From NCBI GenBank assembly GCA_040218735.1, contig JAVJQW010000050.1:340171-404170 (forward strand): a stretch of 64,000 bases of DNA. Direction: 5' to 3'. Both the position numbers and the translations under genes were made by a program. This stretch comes from Deltaproteobacteria bacterium. GTDB taxonomy: Bacteria > Myxococcota > Kuafuiibacteriia > Kuafuiibacteriales > Kuafuiibacteriaceae. Positions 1-8,455 of this stretch are shown piece by piece (the stretch's first letter is position 1; every line of letters starts with the position of its first letter). The notes under the pieces are model-generated. The model made no database searches. It saw only the letters and a program-made list of their open reading frames with translations, and had not been told where the DNA came from.

Positions 1-818
1 GGCGTCGACGTCCCGGCTGCGTCCACCGCGGTGCCGCTGACGACGACCGGTTCATCGGCATCCACGTCCACCAAGAGCGAGTCCCCGTCGATCGCCACGC
101 GCGTCGAAGTGACGACGGGCGGGATCGAATCCACGACCGTGGAGGTCTGCACGACCGACGTCGCCGGGTCACCGGGCGCCACGGCATCGTGGGTCAACGC
201 GAGCCGATACGTCGTCGAGGGCGTCAACGCACCTTGCACGTCGAACACCACGGCGCCCTCATGTTCACGCGACGCCACCAACGCGACCCGCTCTAGGGCG
301 GGTCCTTCGAGGAACGCCGCGCCGATCGGGGACGGCAGCGGCGGCGACGAAGCCACCGCGACGTGGCGCAGGTTCACGGGCGCGGGCTCCGTCGGCGTCG
401 GCTCGCGCACCACGGCGCGCGGATTGGGGAGCGTCCCCTCCGACGTGGTGAAACGGAACGGCTCCGTCGGCGGCGCGACGGTGCGTCCATCGTCGGTCAC
501 GAAGTCCGTCCCGAGCGAGACGAACAACGCCTCGCCGGCTGGCCAAGTCGTGTCCGGAGCGACCACGAGCTCGTCACCCGAGTCTGCCGGCGTCGCGACG
601 AACCGAACCGGGCGTCCGTCGGCGCGAACGATGGACAGCGTCCCCATGTTCACCGCCTCCGAGAAGCCGAGGCGAACCGACGCCTCCGGCGGGACGTCGG
701 TGTCCGGCGCGACGCCGAGCGCAAACGGGACGAACTCGGGGTCGGTGAGGGGCTGAGGGGCTTCGAGGCAACCGGCGACGACGAGCGCCGCCGAACAAAT
801 GAGGTTTCGATCGATCAT
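1..818 (-). CDS. Lipoprotein with Ig-like (Big_5-type) domain; 3' end runs off the window
   Basis: Not in the ORF track; read manually. ATG at 818 overlaps the upstream TGA (ATGA). Translates MIDRNLICSAALVVAGC (lipobox), then VRLGFSEAVN...LVVAPDTTWPAG...FRFTT, typical of Ig-like domains. Open to position 1. Confidence 0.75.
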   Translation of the reverse strand, partial: MIDRNLICSAALVVAGCLEAPQPLTDPEFVPFALGVAPDTDVPPEASVRLGFSEAVNMGTLSIVRADGRPVRFVATPADSGDELVVAPDTTWPAGEALFVSLGTDFVTDDGRTVAPPTEPFRFTTSEGTLPNPRAVVREPTPTEPAPVNLRHVAVASSPPLPSPIGAAFLEGPALERVALVASREHEGAVVFDVQGALTPSTTYRLALTHDAVAPGDPATSVVQTSTVVDSIPPVVTSTRVAIDGDSLLVDVDADEPVVVSGTAVDAAGTST

Positions 819-1390
819 GGCATGGGTTCCTTTCGATAGGAGTCGAGGCGACCACCCGTGAGGGCTCGGATGAGTCCGTCGAGCCGGGCCGCGTCGAGGC
901 GAAGCTCGTGCGAGGGCTCGAGGCGGTACGCGATCCACACGTCCAGCCGCCGAAAATAGAGCTCGGTGATTCGCTCGCGCACGAGGCGTATCGCCGCCGA
1001 ACGCGCGATACGTTCGCGGTTGGCGCGCAGCTCGAGGTCGGCGAACACGAGGTCGCCGAGCCCGAACTTCACCACCACGTCGAGGCCGAGGCCTCGACCG
1101 GTGTTCGTCCAGCTGCTCGCGGAGCCCGCGAGCGCGTCACGAACGGAGAGGTCCGTGTCCGTGCCGAAGCGTATGTCGACCTTCGGTACGGCGCCGCGCC
1201 AGCGCAGGCGCGACGTCCATTCTTCGATCTCGGCGTCATCGCCGAGTACCAGCGTGTCCTCCGCCGCAGACTGAACGGCGGCGAGTGAGGGGAGCGCGGT
1301 ATTGCCTGCGACCGCGTCCTCGATCCAGGACTCGACGGTCGTCGACGTCACCGTCGACGCCATCAACACCAGCGCGATCACGACGCACAC
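815..1390 (-). CDS. Secreted hypothetical protein (helix, beta-rich segment, helix; possibly a distant outer-membrane efflux-like family)
   Basis: 191-aa ORF with a hydrophobic N-terminus, overlapping both neighbours. LPSLAAVQSAA...WTSRLRWRGAVPKVDIRF pattern. Confidence 0.65.
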   Translation of the reverse strand: MCVVIALVLMASTVTSTTVESWIEDAVAGNTALPSLAAVQSAAEDTLVLGDDAEIEEWTSRLRWRGAVPKVDIRFGTDTDLSVRDALAGSASSWTNTGRGLGLDVVVKFGLGDLVFADLELRANRERIARSAAIRLVRERITELYFRRLDVWIAYRLEPSHELRLDAARLDGLIRALTGGRLDSYRKEPMP

Positions 1391-1770
1391 CCCAGCGCGA
1401 AGAGCCGTGCGTCGAGCTCATGACCGCGCGCGACGTTCACGAGCTGTGCGCAACGTCGACGCCGCAGGCGTTCGAGGCGGGGCGGCCCCACGGCGCGAGG
1501 CGACGGCACCAGCAGGGCATCGAACGCGACGACGACACCGAGCGCGATCTGCCAGCGCACGCGTCGGACGGGCGGAGATTGACTCCAGACGACGGCGCCG
1601 AGCGCCGTCAACGCGATGGCGTCGGAGCGCCTCGGGAAGCGGACGATTCGATCCGCGAGGGGGAGATCGAAGGCGTCGACGAGGTCGGCCTCGGGGGCCT
1701 GACGATCGAAGTACGCTTCGACGTCGGGGGCCTGCGCGGTGAGCGCGGCGACGAACGCGAACGGCAACAT
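1378..1770 (-). CDS. Secreted hypothetical protein
   Basis: 130-aa ORF starting MLPFAFVAALTAQA (signal-like); overlaps the next gene; first gene of the apparent operon. Confidence 0.55.
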   Translation of the reverse strand: MLPFAFVAALTAQAPDVEAYFDRQAPEADLVDAFDLPLADRIVRFPRRSDAIALTALGAVVWSQSPPVRRVRWQIALGVVVAFDALLVPSPRAVGPPRLERLRRRRCAQLVNVARGHELDARLFALGCAS

Positions 1771-1784
1771 CGCGCCGGCCCCAT

Positions 1785-1801
1785 CGCAAGCGCAGGGCCA
1801 A
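1785..1801 (-). promoter_or_regulatory. Putative sigma-54 (-24/-12) promoter
   Basis: Minus strand reads TTGGCCCTGCGCTTGCG, matching TGGCAC-N5-TTGC with exact GG/GC spacing, directly upstream of the ATG at 1770. Confidence 0.55.
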
Positions 1802-1839
1802 CTTCGACACGCGCCGCGCGCGACGAAAAAGTTCGATTA

Positions 1840-1866
1840 TCGGACGACGTCCGAAATCGGTCCGAA
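1840..1866. promoter_or_regulatory. Palindrome and direct repeat, candidate enhancer-binding-protein site
   Basis: Perfect TCGGACG-A-CGTCCGA at 1840-1854, plus GTCCGAA twice 11 bp apart (1849, 1860), upstream of the sigma-54 motif in an intergenic gap. Confidence 0.4.
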
Positions 1867-1896
1867 TACCTCAGGCTTTCGAACGAACCAGACGCC

Positions 1897-2499
1897 TCAC
1901 ATCCCGGCGTCGCGGGTACCTGGGCACGGCCCCGCCATTGCAAAGGGCTGTTGGATGCAGAAGGTCGCGCCCGTGAACGTGTTGCCGTTGCAGTCGCAGA
2001 ACGTCCCGACGCCCGCGTCGCCGCTGCACGTCGACGGGTCGCGGCACGTCCCGAAGTCGCCGCAGCTGTTCGCTTCGAACTCGCAGATGAAGGTCGCCGG
2101 ACAGTCGGCGTTGGTCATGCAGCGATGAATGGCGCCGTCTCTGGGGCCGCTGTCACGATGGCCTGCGTCGCGTGGACCGCCATCGCGGTCGGCGCCGACC
2201 ACCCCCTCGCAGGGCGTCGCGTCGGTCTGCACGCGGGTGTAGGGATCCGTGGAGCACGTCTCGTCACCGAAGACCCGGTTTCCGTCGCACCCGCAAAAGA
2301 CCATCGCGGTCGTGTCGTCATCGCAGGCGCTCGTCGAGCAGACGCCGTCCACGCGGCACCCGTCGTACGGGAACACACACTGCTCGTTGCTCGGGCAGTC
2401 GGAGTCGCGGCGGCAGGCGTCGCCGCTGCCCTCGAGGTCGTAGGTGTTGGTGGAGCAGGAAGCGATGACGACGGCGAATCCAAGTCGTATGCGGGTCAT
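1897..2499 (-). CDS. Cys-rich lipoprotein with two Kazal-like modules and an RDxG linker
   Basis: Lipobox VIASC; duplicated CxxxxDCPxxxxC...FC(G/D)C(D/N)GN module; DRDGGPRDAGHRDSGPRDG linker. Confidence 0.8.
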   Translation of the reverse strand: MTRIRLGFAVVIASCSTNTYDLEGSGDACRRDSDCPSNEQCVFPYDGCRVDGVCSTSACDDDTTAMVFCGCDGNRVFGDETCSTDPYTRVQTDATPCEGVVGADRDGGPRDAGHRDSGPRDGAIHRCMTNADCPATFICEFEANSCGDFGTCRDPSTCSGDAGVGTFCDCNGNTFTGATFCIQQPFAMAGPCPGTRDAGM

Positions 2500-2532
2500 G
2501 AATGCTCTACCCGCGAGCGCGTCGTTTCGGCG

Positions 2533-5190
2533 TCACCGACGACGGCGCCAGACGAACAGTGGCAAGAGAGCGAGCGCCCACCAAGCCCCTGCACGGCCGT
2601 TCACGCAGCGGCACCCGGTGGCCTCCTCGATTCGCGCCGGCGCCGTCACCATCCCCGCTTCGCGCAGCACGAGCTCGGTCACGTGGCCGGCTTCGTCCGC
2701 GGCGCGCACGACGATGGCCGCCGTGTCGTTGACCTCGGGGGCGGGCACGAAGCCGGTGGTGTCCGGGGTGACCTCGGCGAACGCACCGTCCACGCCCAGC
2801 GTCACGACGAGCGCGTCTTCGCTGACGACGTCCCACGCGCGAATGACGACGCCGCCCCGCACGTAGTCCATCTTTGCGTTCAGGCGCGGCGGCTCCGCGT
2901 CGATCGTAAACGTGAGCCGCACCGGGCTCGGGTCGAGCGTGCGGTAGGCGCCGACCTCGCGCGCGCGGACGTCGACCCAGTGGTGGCCCTGCGCGAGGAA
3001 CTCCGGACGGATGAGCTTCAGACGATCGGTCGTGAAGAACGGCGTCCAGAACCCACCGTCGACGCGGAGCTGGTACTCGAGCTCGCCGTCGCCGGGCGCC
3101 GTTCCGCCGAGGGCGATCTCGGCCTCCGGCCACACCGGCCCGCCGGGGTTCGACACCGAGAACTCCTGCGCGCTCGGGACGAACAAGGACGTCAGCTCGG
3201 CCGTCGTCTCGGCGGCGGCGCTGAGGTTGCCCACGAAGGACGGGTCGAACGCGAGGTCGGCGTACACCGCGACGTTGGCGTAGCGGCCGTTCGCCTCCAC
3301 ACCGCGGACGCCGAGGATCGACAGGTCGAACCCGCCGAGGTCGGCCGGGCCCGGCAACGCAAACGGCGGCAAGGCACCGGTGAAGCCGGGGAGCGCGAGG
3401 TTGATGAGCCCGGGGATGGCGTCCTCGAGGTCCGCCGGGTCCTCGGCGAGCAGGTCGCTGTTCGTGACGCGCACGTTCGTGACCGCGTTCGAGACGTCCC
3501 CGACGACGAACTGCAGCTCGTTGTTCGCGGTGACGAACGCGCCCAGGCCGATCTCGACGTCGGCGGTGACGGTCATGAGGTGGACCCAGCGCTCCTCGAT
3601 CAACGCCGAGAAGCCGATCTCGAAGTCGTCGAGGTCCAGCACCAGCAGCGGATCGGTGAGCGTCGGCTCCGTCATCCCCGGCATGACCTCACCCGAACCG
3701 ATGAGGATCCGCGGCTCGGCGCGCGGGAAGATCGACAAGCGCGCCGGGAAGATCGACTTCTCGAAGCGGTCGTCGTGGGTGAGCTGGCGCAGCGAGGAGA
3801 TCAGCAGCCCCAGCGACCCGGTGTTGAGGAGGTCGATGTCGTAGGACGACACCGACGTGCACATCAGCCCGGTCGTGTAGACCGTCCACATGAACTGATC
3901 CAGGAGCGCCTGCGAGAAGCCGGCCGCGACCATGTAGCCCGTCTCGTCGGTGCCGTCCCAGTCGAGGTCGGCCATCGAGGACGTGGGCAGCGGCGCCGGC
4001 GCGACGAAGCCAGGGCGGAGGCGGGGGCTGTCGAGGATCATCGCGCACGCGGGATCCGCGTCCACGACCTCGGCACCACCGAGCGCACCGATGTTGGCGC
4101 CCGCGGTGTCGGTCGTGGAGTCACCGCCGACCATGAAGGACATGTCGCCGCGCCCGGGGCGCCCCGAGACGAAGCCGGAGAGGAGCTGTGCGAAGTCGAG
4201 GCGGCCCTCGATGCCGAGCGTCTGCGGGACGATGTCGGCGGTGGCGTCCTCCTCGCAGAGATCGTCCGCGTTGCAGCTGGTCTGCGCCGGGCAGTCCGCG
4301 TTGGTCAGACAGGGGCGACCGAGCGCGGCGTCGACCTCGTCGCCGATGATCGTCGCGAGCTCGTCGGTGAGCTGGCTGACGATGAGCTGCTTGATGAAGC
4401 CGAGGTCCGCGATGGCGCACAGGAGCGGGCCGTCGGTGAAGCGTGGATCGGGGTCGGCGTCGACCTCGACGTAGCTGTTGGGGATCATCGCGGCGACGTC
4501 GAGGATCTCGACCTTCAGCTGACCGCCCGTCCCTACCGGCGGGGTGTAACGATCGAGCGCGGCGGTGATCTGGATGTCCTGCGTCCCCGGGACGCTCGAC
4601 AGCGACATGACACAATCCATCCCGCCGAGGGAGTCGTAGCGGAACGGGATGTCGTTGGTTTCGATCTGGACGGTGACGTTGGCGAGGAATTGGTTCGGGC
4701 CCATCGGCTGGACCGTGAGCGCCTCGAAGCGAATCCACGCGAAGCAGCGGCGCGCGCCCGGCTGCGTCGGGTCATCACGGCAGATTGTCGCGTTGCCGCT
4801 CACCTGCCGGTCGATCTCGAAGCCCAGCAGAGGCCCCGCATCGCCCGACACCTGCTCGACGCAGCGCCCCACCTGACACGAAGCGGGATTCGGGGCCCCC
4901 GTGGACGTCACGAAGTTGGTGGGGCACGGGACGTCGGCGGGCGCGCCGCACGACATCGACGCGTACGCGGACATCAGGTCCTGGAACTCCCGTCCGATCT
5001 GGTCGAAGCCGGACTGGGTCATGCGCACCTGCGCCGCCCGCTCGATCTGCGCCTCGGGCGGGAATCCTCCGGGGACCGGAGCGAGCGCACCGCCGAAGCA
5101 GCCGCCGCAGTTCAGCTGACCGGAGCACGCCCCGGCCATGAGGAGGAGCACCGTGGGAAGTGAGCGCACGGAGGGCGCAGAAAGACGCAT
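2533..5190 (-). CDS. Surface protein with BPI/LBP-like (TULIP) motifs and a MYXO-CTERM-type C-terminal sorting signal
   Basis: 885 aa; signal/lipobox LLLMAGAC; C-terminus ATGCRC...WWALALLPLFVWRRRR; motifs AQVRMTQSGFD, YMVAAGFSQALLD and PPFALPG resemble BPI-family signatures. Confidence 0.8.
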   Translation of the reverse strand: MRLSAPSVRSLPTVLLLMAGACSGQLNCGGCFGGALAPVPGGFPPEAQIERAAQVRMTQSGFDQIGREFQDLMSAYASMSCGAPADVPCPTNFVTSTGAPNPASCQVGRCVEQVSGDAGPLLGFEIDRQVSGNATICRDDPTQPGARRCFAWIRFEALTVQPMGPNQFLANVTVQIETNDIPFRYDSLGGMDCVMSLSSVPGTQDIQITAALDRYTPPVGTGGQLKVEILDVAAMIPNSYVEVDADPDPRFTDGPLLCAIADLGFIKQLIVSQLTDELATIIGDEVDAALGRPCLTNADCPAQTSCNADDLCEEDATADIVPQTLGIEGRLDFAQLLSGFVSGRPGRGDMSFMVGGDSTTDTAGANIGALGGAEVVDADPACAMILDSPRLRPGFVAPAPLPTSSMADLDWDGTDETGYMVAAGFSQALLDQFMWTVYTTGLMCTSVSSYDIDLLNTGSLGLLISSLRQLTHDDRFEKSIFPARLSIFPRAEPRILIGSGEVMPGMTEPTLTDPLLVLDLDDFEIGFSALIEERWVHLMTVTADVEIGLGAFVTANNELQFVVGDVSNAVTNVRVTNSDLLAEDPADLEDAIPGLINLALPGFTGALPPFALPGPADLGGFDLSILGVRGVEANGRYANVAVYADLAFDPSFVGNLSAAAETTAELTSLFVPSAQEFSVSNPGGPVWPEAEIALGGTAPGDGELEYQLRVDGGFWTPFFTTDRLKLIRPEFLAQGHHWVDVRAREVGAYRTLDPSPVRLTFTIDAEPPRLNAKMDYVRGGVVIRAWDVVSEDALVVTLGVDGAFAEVTPDTTGFVPAPEVNDTAAIVVRAADEAGHVTELVLREAGMVTAPARIEEATGCRCVNGRAGAWWALALLPLFVWRRRR

Positions 5191-5224
5191 CGGACCGAAT
5201 CTTCGGGATGTCCCGGGCCCGAGG

Positions 5225-6088
5225 TCAATTGGTCTTCGGACGGACGCCGAGCTGGACGAGCCCCTCGTTGAGGCGGCCGGTGCGAAAGCCTTCGAGATCC
5301 AGCGTCACGAAGCCAAATCCCGCCGCTTGGGCGTCCGCGACGATCCGCGCGCGATGTCGGACGACCCCCTCGATCTCCGCCTCGCCGACCTCGATCCGCA
5401 CCATATCGTCGTTGTCGCGGACCAGGCGGGCGCGGACGTCGAAGAAGCCCAGCTCCCGCAGGCACACCTCGACCCGCTCCACCCGGCCCAGACGCTCCTC
5501 GGTCACCGCCACGCCGTACGGGAGGCGGCTCGAGAGGCACGCGAGCTGCGGCTTGTCCCAAGTCGGCAGGCCGAGCCGCTTCGACAGCGCGCGGATCTCC
5601 GCCTTCGACAGGCCCACTTCGGCGAGCGGGTGCCGGACGTCGTGCTCCGCGGCCGCCCGGTGCCCCGGGCGAAAGTCCGCGAGGTCGTCCGTGTTGAAGC
5701 CGTCGACGACGACGGCGCCCTCGAACGTCTCGGCCGCGAGCTGGGTCGTGTCGAACAGCTCCGTCTTGCAGTAGTAGCAGCGCGACGTCTCGTTCTTCAC
5801 GTAGTCCGGACGGTCGAGCTCGTGCGTCGTGACCACGCGGTGCTCGATCCCGATCGCGACGGCGAGCGCCTTCGCGTCCTCCAGCTCGACCTGCATCAAC
5901 GACGGCGAGCGCGCCGTCAGCGCTATCGCCCGCTCACCCAGCGCATCGCAGGCGACCCGTGCGAGGAACGCGGAGTCCACACCGCCCGAGTAGGCGACGA
6001 CCACGCGACCGTACGAGCGGAGCAGCTCGACGAGCGCGCGGTGTTTGGCCTCGACCGCGTCCGAAAGCGTGGCGACGTCCACCGACAT
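5225..6088 (-). CDS. larE: LarE-family ATP-dependent (PP-loop) sulfur insertase
   Basis: YSGGVDS PP-loop, RCYYCK, DDLADFRPG, PLAEVGLSKAEIR, ACLSSRLPYG, DLEGFRTG. Confidence 0.93.
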   Translation of the reverse strand: MSVDVATLSDAVEAKHRALVELLRSYGRVVVAYSGGVDSAFLARVACDALGERAIALTARSPSLMQVELEDAKALAVAIGIEHRVVTTHELDRPDYVKNETSRCYYCKTELFDTTQLAAETFEGAVVVDGFNTDDLADFRPGHRAAAEHDVRHPLAEVGLSKAEIRALSKRLGLPTWDKPQLACLSSRLPYGVAVTEERLGRVERVEVCLRELGFFDVRARLVRDNDDMVRIEVGEAEIEGVVRHRARIVADAQAAGFGFVTLDLEGFRTGRLNEGLVQLGVRPKTN

Positions 6089-6100
6089 CGTGCGTTTCGT

Positions 6101-7156
6101 CTACACGATGCGGTGCGCGCTGGCACCCGCGGATTCACGCACGATCGGCCGCAGCATCGGCCCCGCGATCGCGCGAATCGCACGCGCGGCGTGTTGGTAG
6201 GTCGCGTCGAGCCCCGAGGCGGCCGTCGCGTCGGCGAGCGCTCCGGCCACCGCCTTCAGGTCCCGCGGGCGGTCCTGAGGCCGCGTCGCGAACAGCGGCG
6301 TGAGCACCTCCCCGAGGCGCCCGAGGTTCGAGTGCGGCGCGAGGAGACGGCGCGCGAGGACGCCGACCGCGTACGCGTCCGCGGCCAGCGAGGGCAACAA
6401 CCCGTAGCGACGCTCGGGCGCGAGGAACGGATCGAGCAGCGGTTCCGAGAGGTCGACGTCGGGCCCCGGCGACCACAACCGAACCGAGCCATCGAGCCCG
6501 AGGTGCAGCCGGCGGGGCTCGATGGCCCCGTGGGGACCGCGGCGGGCGTGGTGCTGCGCCACCCCCTCCGCGAGGTGACAGGCCAGGACCGCGGACACCT
6601 CCGCCGGCACCGTGAGGAGCCCGGCTTCGAGCGCGTCGAAGAGCGCGGTGGCGGGGATCTGAGGCCCTTCGGATTCCACGACCGCGATACGGCCATCGAA
6701 GAGCTCCAGCCCGTCATCGACGCTCCGCGGCTCGCGCCGGACGGTGATCCAACGCTCGTCCGCGAGGCGGAACGCCCGCACCGTCCTATCGGGCGTCGCG
6801 TGCTCGTGAGCGACGCGTGCGCCGTCGACCTGCGCACCGACCAGGCTCGGCCAATCGGGGTCCGCCAGGCTGAACGACAAACGAAGATCGTTGAGGCGCA
6901 ACACCTCGTCCGGCGCCACGGTGATCGGCGCGCGGACGCGTTCGTCTTCTCGCGCGAGCCCGGCGCGCCCACGCCCGAGGTCCGTCACGAGGATGCGCCC
7001 GCGGCGCACCAGGACATGCACGTGGCGCTCGGCGAGTCGGTCGTCGTCGATGGTGAGGTCGGCGCGCGGTCCCCGCCCGAGGAAGAGGTCCGGCCCCGGG
7101 CGCTCGTGAACCTCCACGCGCCCGCGGCGCGCCACGACGAACCGCACCGAGGCCAT
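6101..7156 (-). CDS. FHA domain plus Ser/Thr pseudokinase
   Basis: N-terminal LGRG...ERHV FHA-like; C-terminal HGAIEP, FLAPE and DAYAVG kinase-fold remnants. Start set at MASVRF (ORF is open to 7204). Confidence 0.75.
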   Translation of the reverse strand: MASVRFVVARRGRVEVHERPGPDLFLGRGPRADLTIDDDRLAERHVHVLVRRGRILVTDLGRGRAGLAREDERVRAPITVAPDEVLRLNDLRLSFSLADPDWPSLVGAQVDGARVAHEHATPDRTVRAFRLADERWITVRREPRSVDDGLELFDGRIAVVESEGPQIPATALFDALEAGLLTVPAEVSAVLACHLAEGVAQHHARRGPHGAIEPRRLHLGLDGSVRLWSPGPDVDLSEPLLDPFLAPERRYGLLPSLAADAYAVGVLARRLLAPHSNLGRLGEVLTPLFATRPQDRPRDLKAVAGALADATAASGLDATYQHAARAIRAIAGPMLRPIVRESAGASAHRIV

Positions 7157-7228
7157 GCCCGGACGATGGTACTCGCGACGCATGGTGTGCGGCCAGGCCT
7201 GCAAGCGCAGCGCCGGTCAGGCCGCCTC

Positions 7229-8455
7229 TCAGGGCCAGGGCTCGACTTCGAGGCTGTCCGCGACGAGCCGGCGGAGCGTGCCGTCCTCCGTCAACACGTG
7301 CGTCGCACCCTGGTTCTGCGCCATCGCAGCGAAGAGCCACGGAGAACGCTCCGTCGCCACGAGGGGAGCCTGATCGACCCCCGCGATGGGCTCCGGAGCC
7401 AGCACGAGATCGAAGGAAGAGAGGTCATGCCCCTCGGCGTCGGCCGCCTTGGCGACCGCCAGCACCCGCTTCGCCCCCGCGCGCAGGACACGCGCACGGG
7501 ACTCCGCAGCGAGCTCTTCGCCGCCGACCACGAAGACCGGGCCGCCGATGATGCGGCGTTGGTTCTGCGCGTACAGGTCACCGACCGCCATGTAGGCGAG
7601 CGCCTGGCCGTCCGCGACGAGGCGGACGATCGCGCCGGGCTCGAGCCCACCGTCGACGAGCTGGCGCTCGTGGACGTCGAGCACGATCGGCACGCGCCAC
7701 GGCGTCCCCGCGGGGAGTCGACCCAGGTCCTGTACGGAGCGAACCTCGGCGCGGCGCATGAAACCCGCGAGGGGCGAGTACAGGCCGCCTGCGAAGCACC
7801 GCAGGTCCTCGCGGACCTGGCGCTCCTCGATCTCGATCGTGCGCGACTCCGCGAGGGCGTCGAGGCGCTCGGCTTCGGGGGCGTCGATCCGGCGGGGCGC
7901 CAACGCACCGGACACCGGGCGCAGCGGGCGCGCCGCCTCCTTGCCTTCCATCGTTCGGAGCGAGAGGTCGGGCAGCTGCGTCTTCGCCTCCCCGAGGCGA
8001 CGCTCCACGAAGCGCTTCGCCTCCGCGTCGTACTGGTACGCCGCGAGGTCCGCGTAGACGCCCTCGCGGACGGACACGACCACGTACACGACGCCCGGCG
8101 TGAGCTCGATGCCCTCCTGCACGGCCATCGCGCGATCCTCCGGCGAGAAGTACGCGCCGGCGTCGCAGTGGGAGTGATAGATGATGCGCTCGTCGAGGCC
8201 GGCCTCGCTCGCCTCGTCGAGGACACGCATCCGCTCCAGGTCGTTCATGCGGAACGCGTCGCGCCCCGTGCGCGGGAACGCCTCCGGATCCCGTGCGTGA
8301 TACTTGTCCTGCACGTTCTCCATCGGGACGACGCGCGTCAGCTTCGGCCCGTTGCCGAGCACGACGCCGCACGCCTCGACGGGATAGTCGCGGACCGCGT
8401 GCGCCTTCAGCGCCTCGACGATCGGATCCGTGAGCTCGAGCCCGAAGACCTTCAC
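7229..8455 (-). CDS. JAMM/MPN (Mec-like) metalloprotease fused to a degenerate ATP sulfurylase
   Basis: YPVEACG and intact HSH-x7-S-x2-D (YHSHCDAGAYFSPED); C-terminal half DLRCFAGGLYSPLAGFM...PWRVPIVLDV...NQGATH resembles Sat. Confidence 0.88.
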   Translation of the reverse strand: MKVFGLELTDPIVEALKAHAVRDYPVEACGVVLGNGPKLTRVVPMENVQDKYHARDPEAFPRTGRDAFRMNDLERMRVLDEASEAGLDERIIYHSHCDAGAYFSPEDRAMAVQEGIELTPGVVYVVVSVREGVYADLAAYQYDAEAKRFVERRLGEAKTQLPDLSLRTMEGKEAARPLRPVSGALAPRRIDAPEAERLDALAESRTIEIEERQVREDLRCFAGGLYSPLAGFMRRAEVRSVQDLGRLPAGTPWRVPIVLDVHERQLVDGGLEPGAIVRLVADGQALAYMAVGDLYAQNQRRIIGGPVFVVGGEELAAESRARVLRAGAKRVLAVAKAADAEGHDLSSFDLVLAPEPIAGVDQAPLVATERSPWLFAAMAQNQGATHVLTEDGTLRRLVADSLEVEPWP

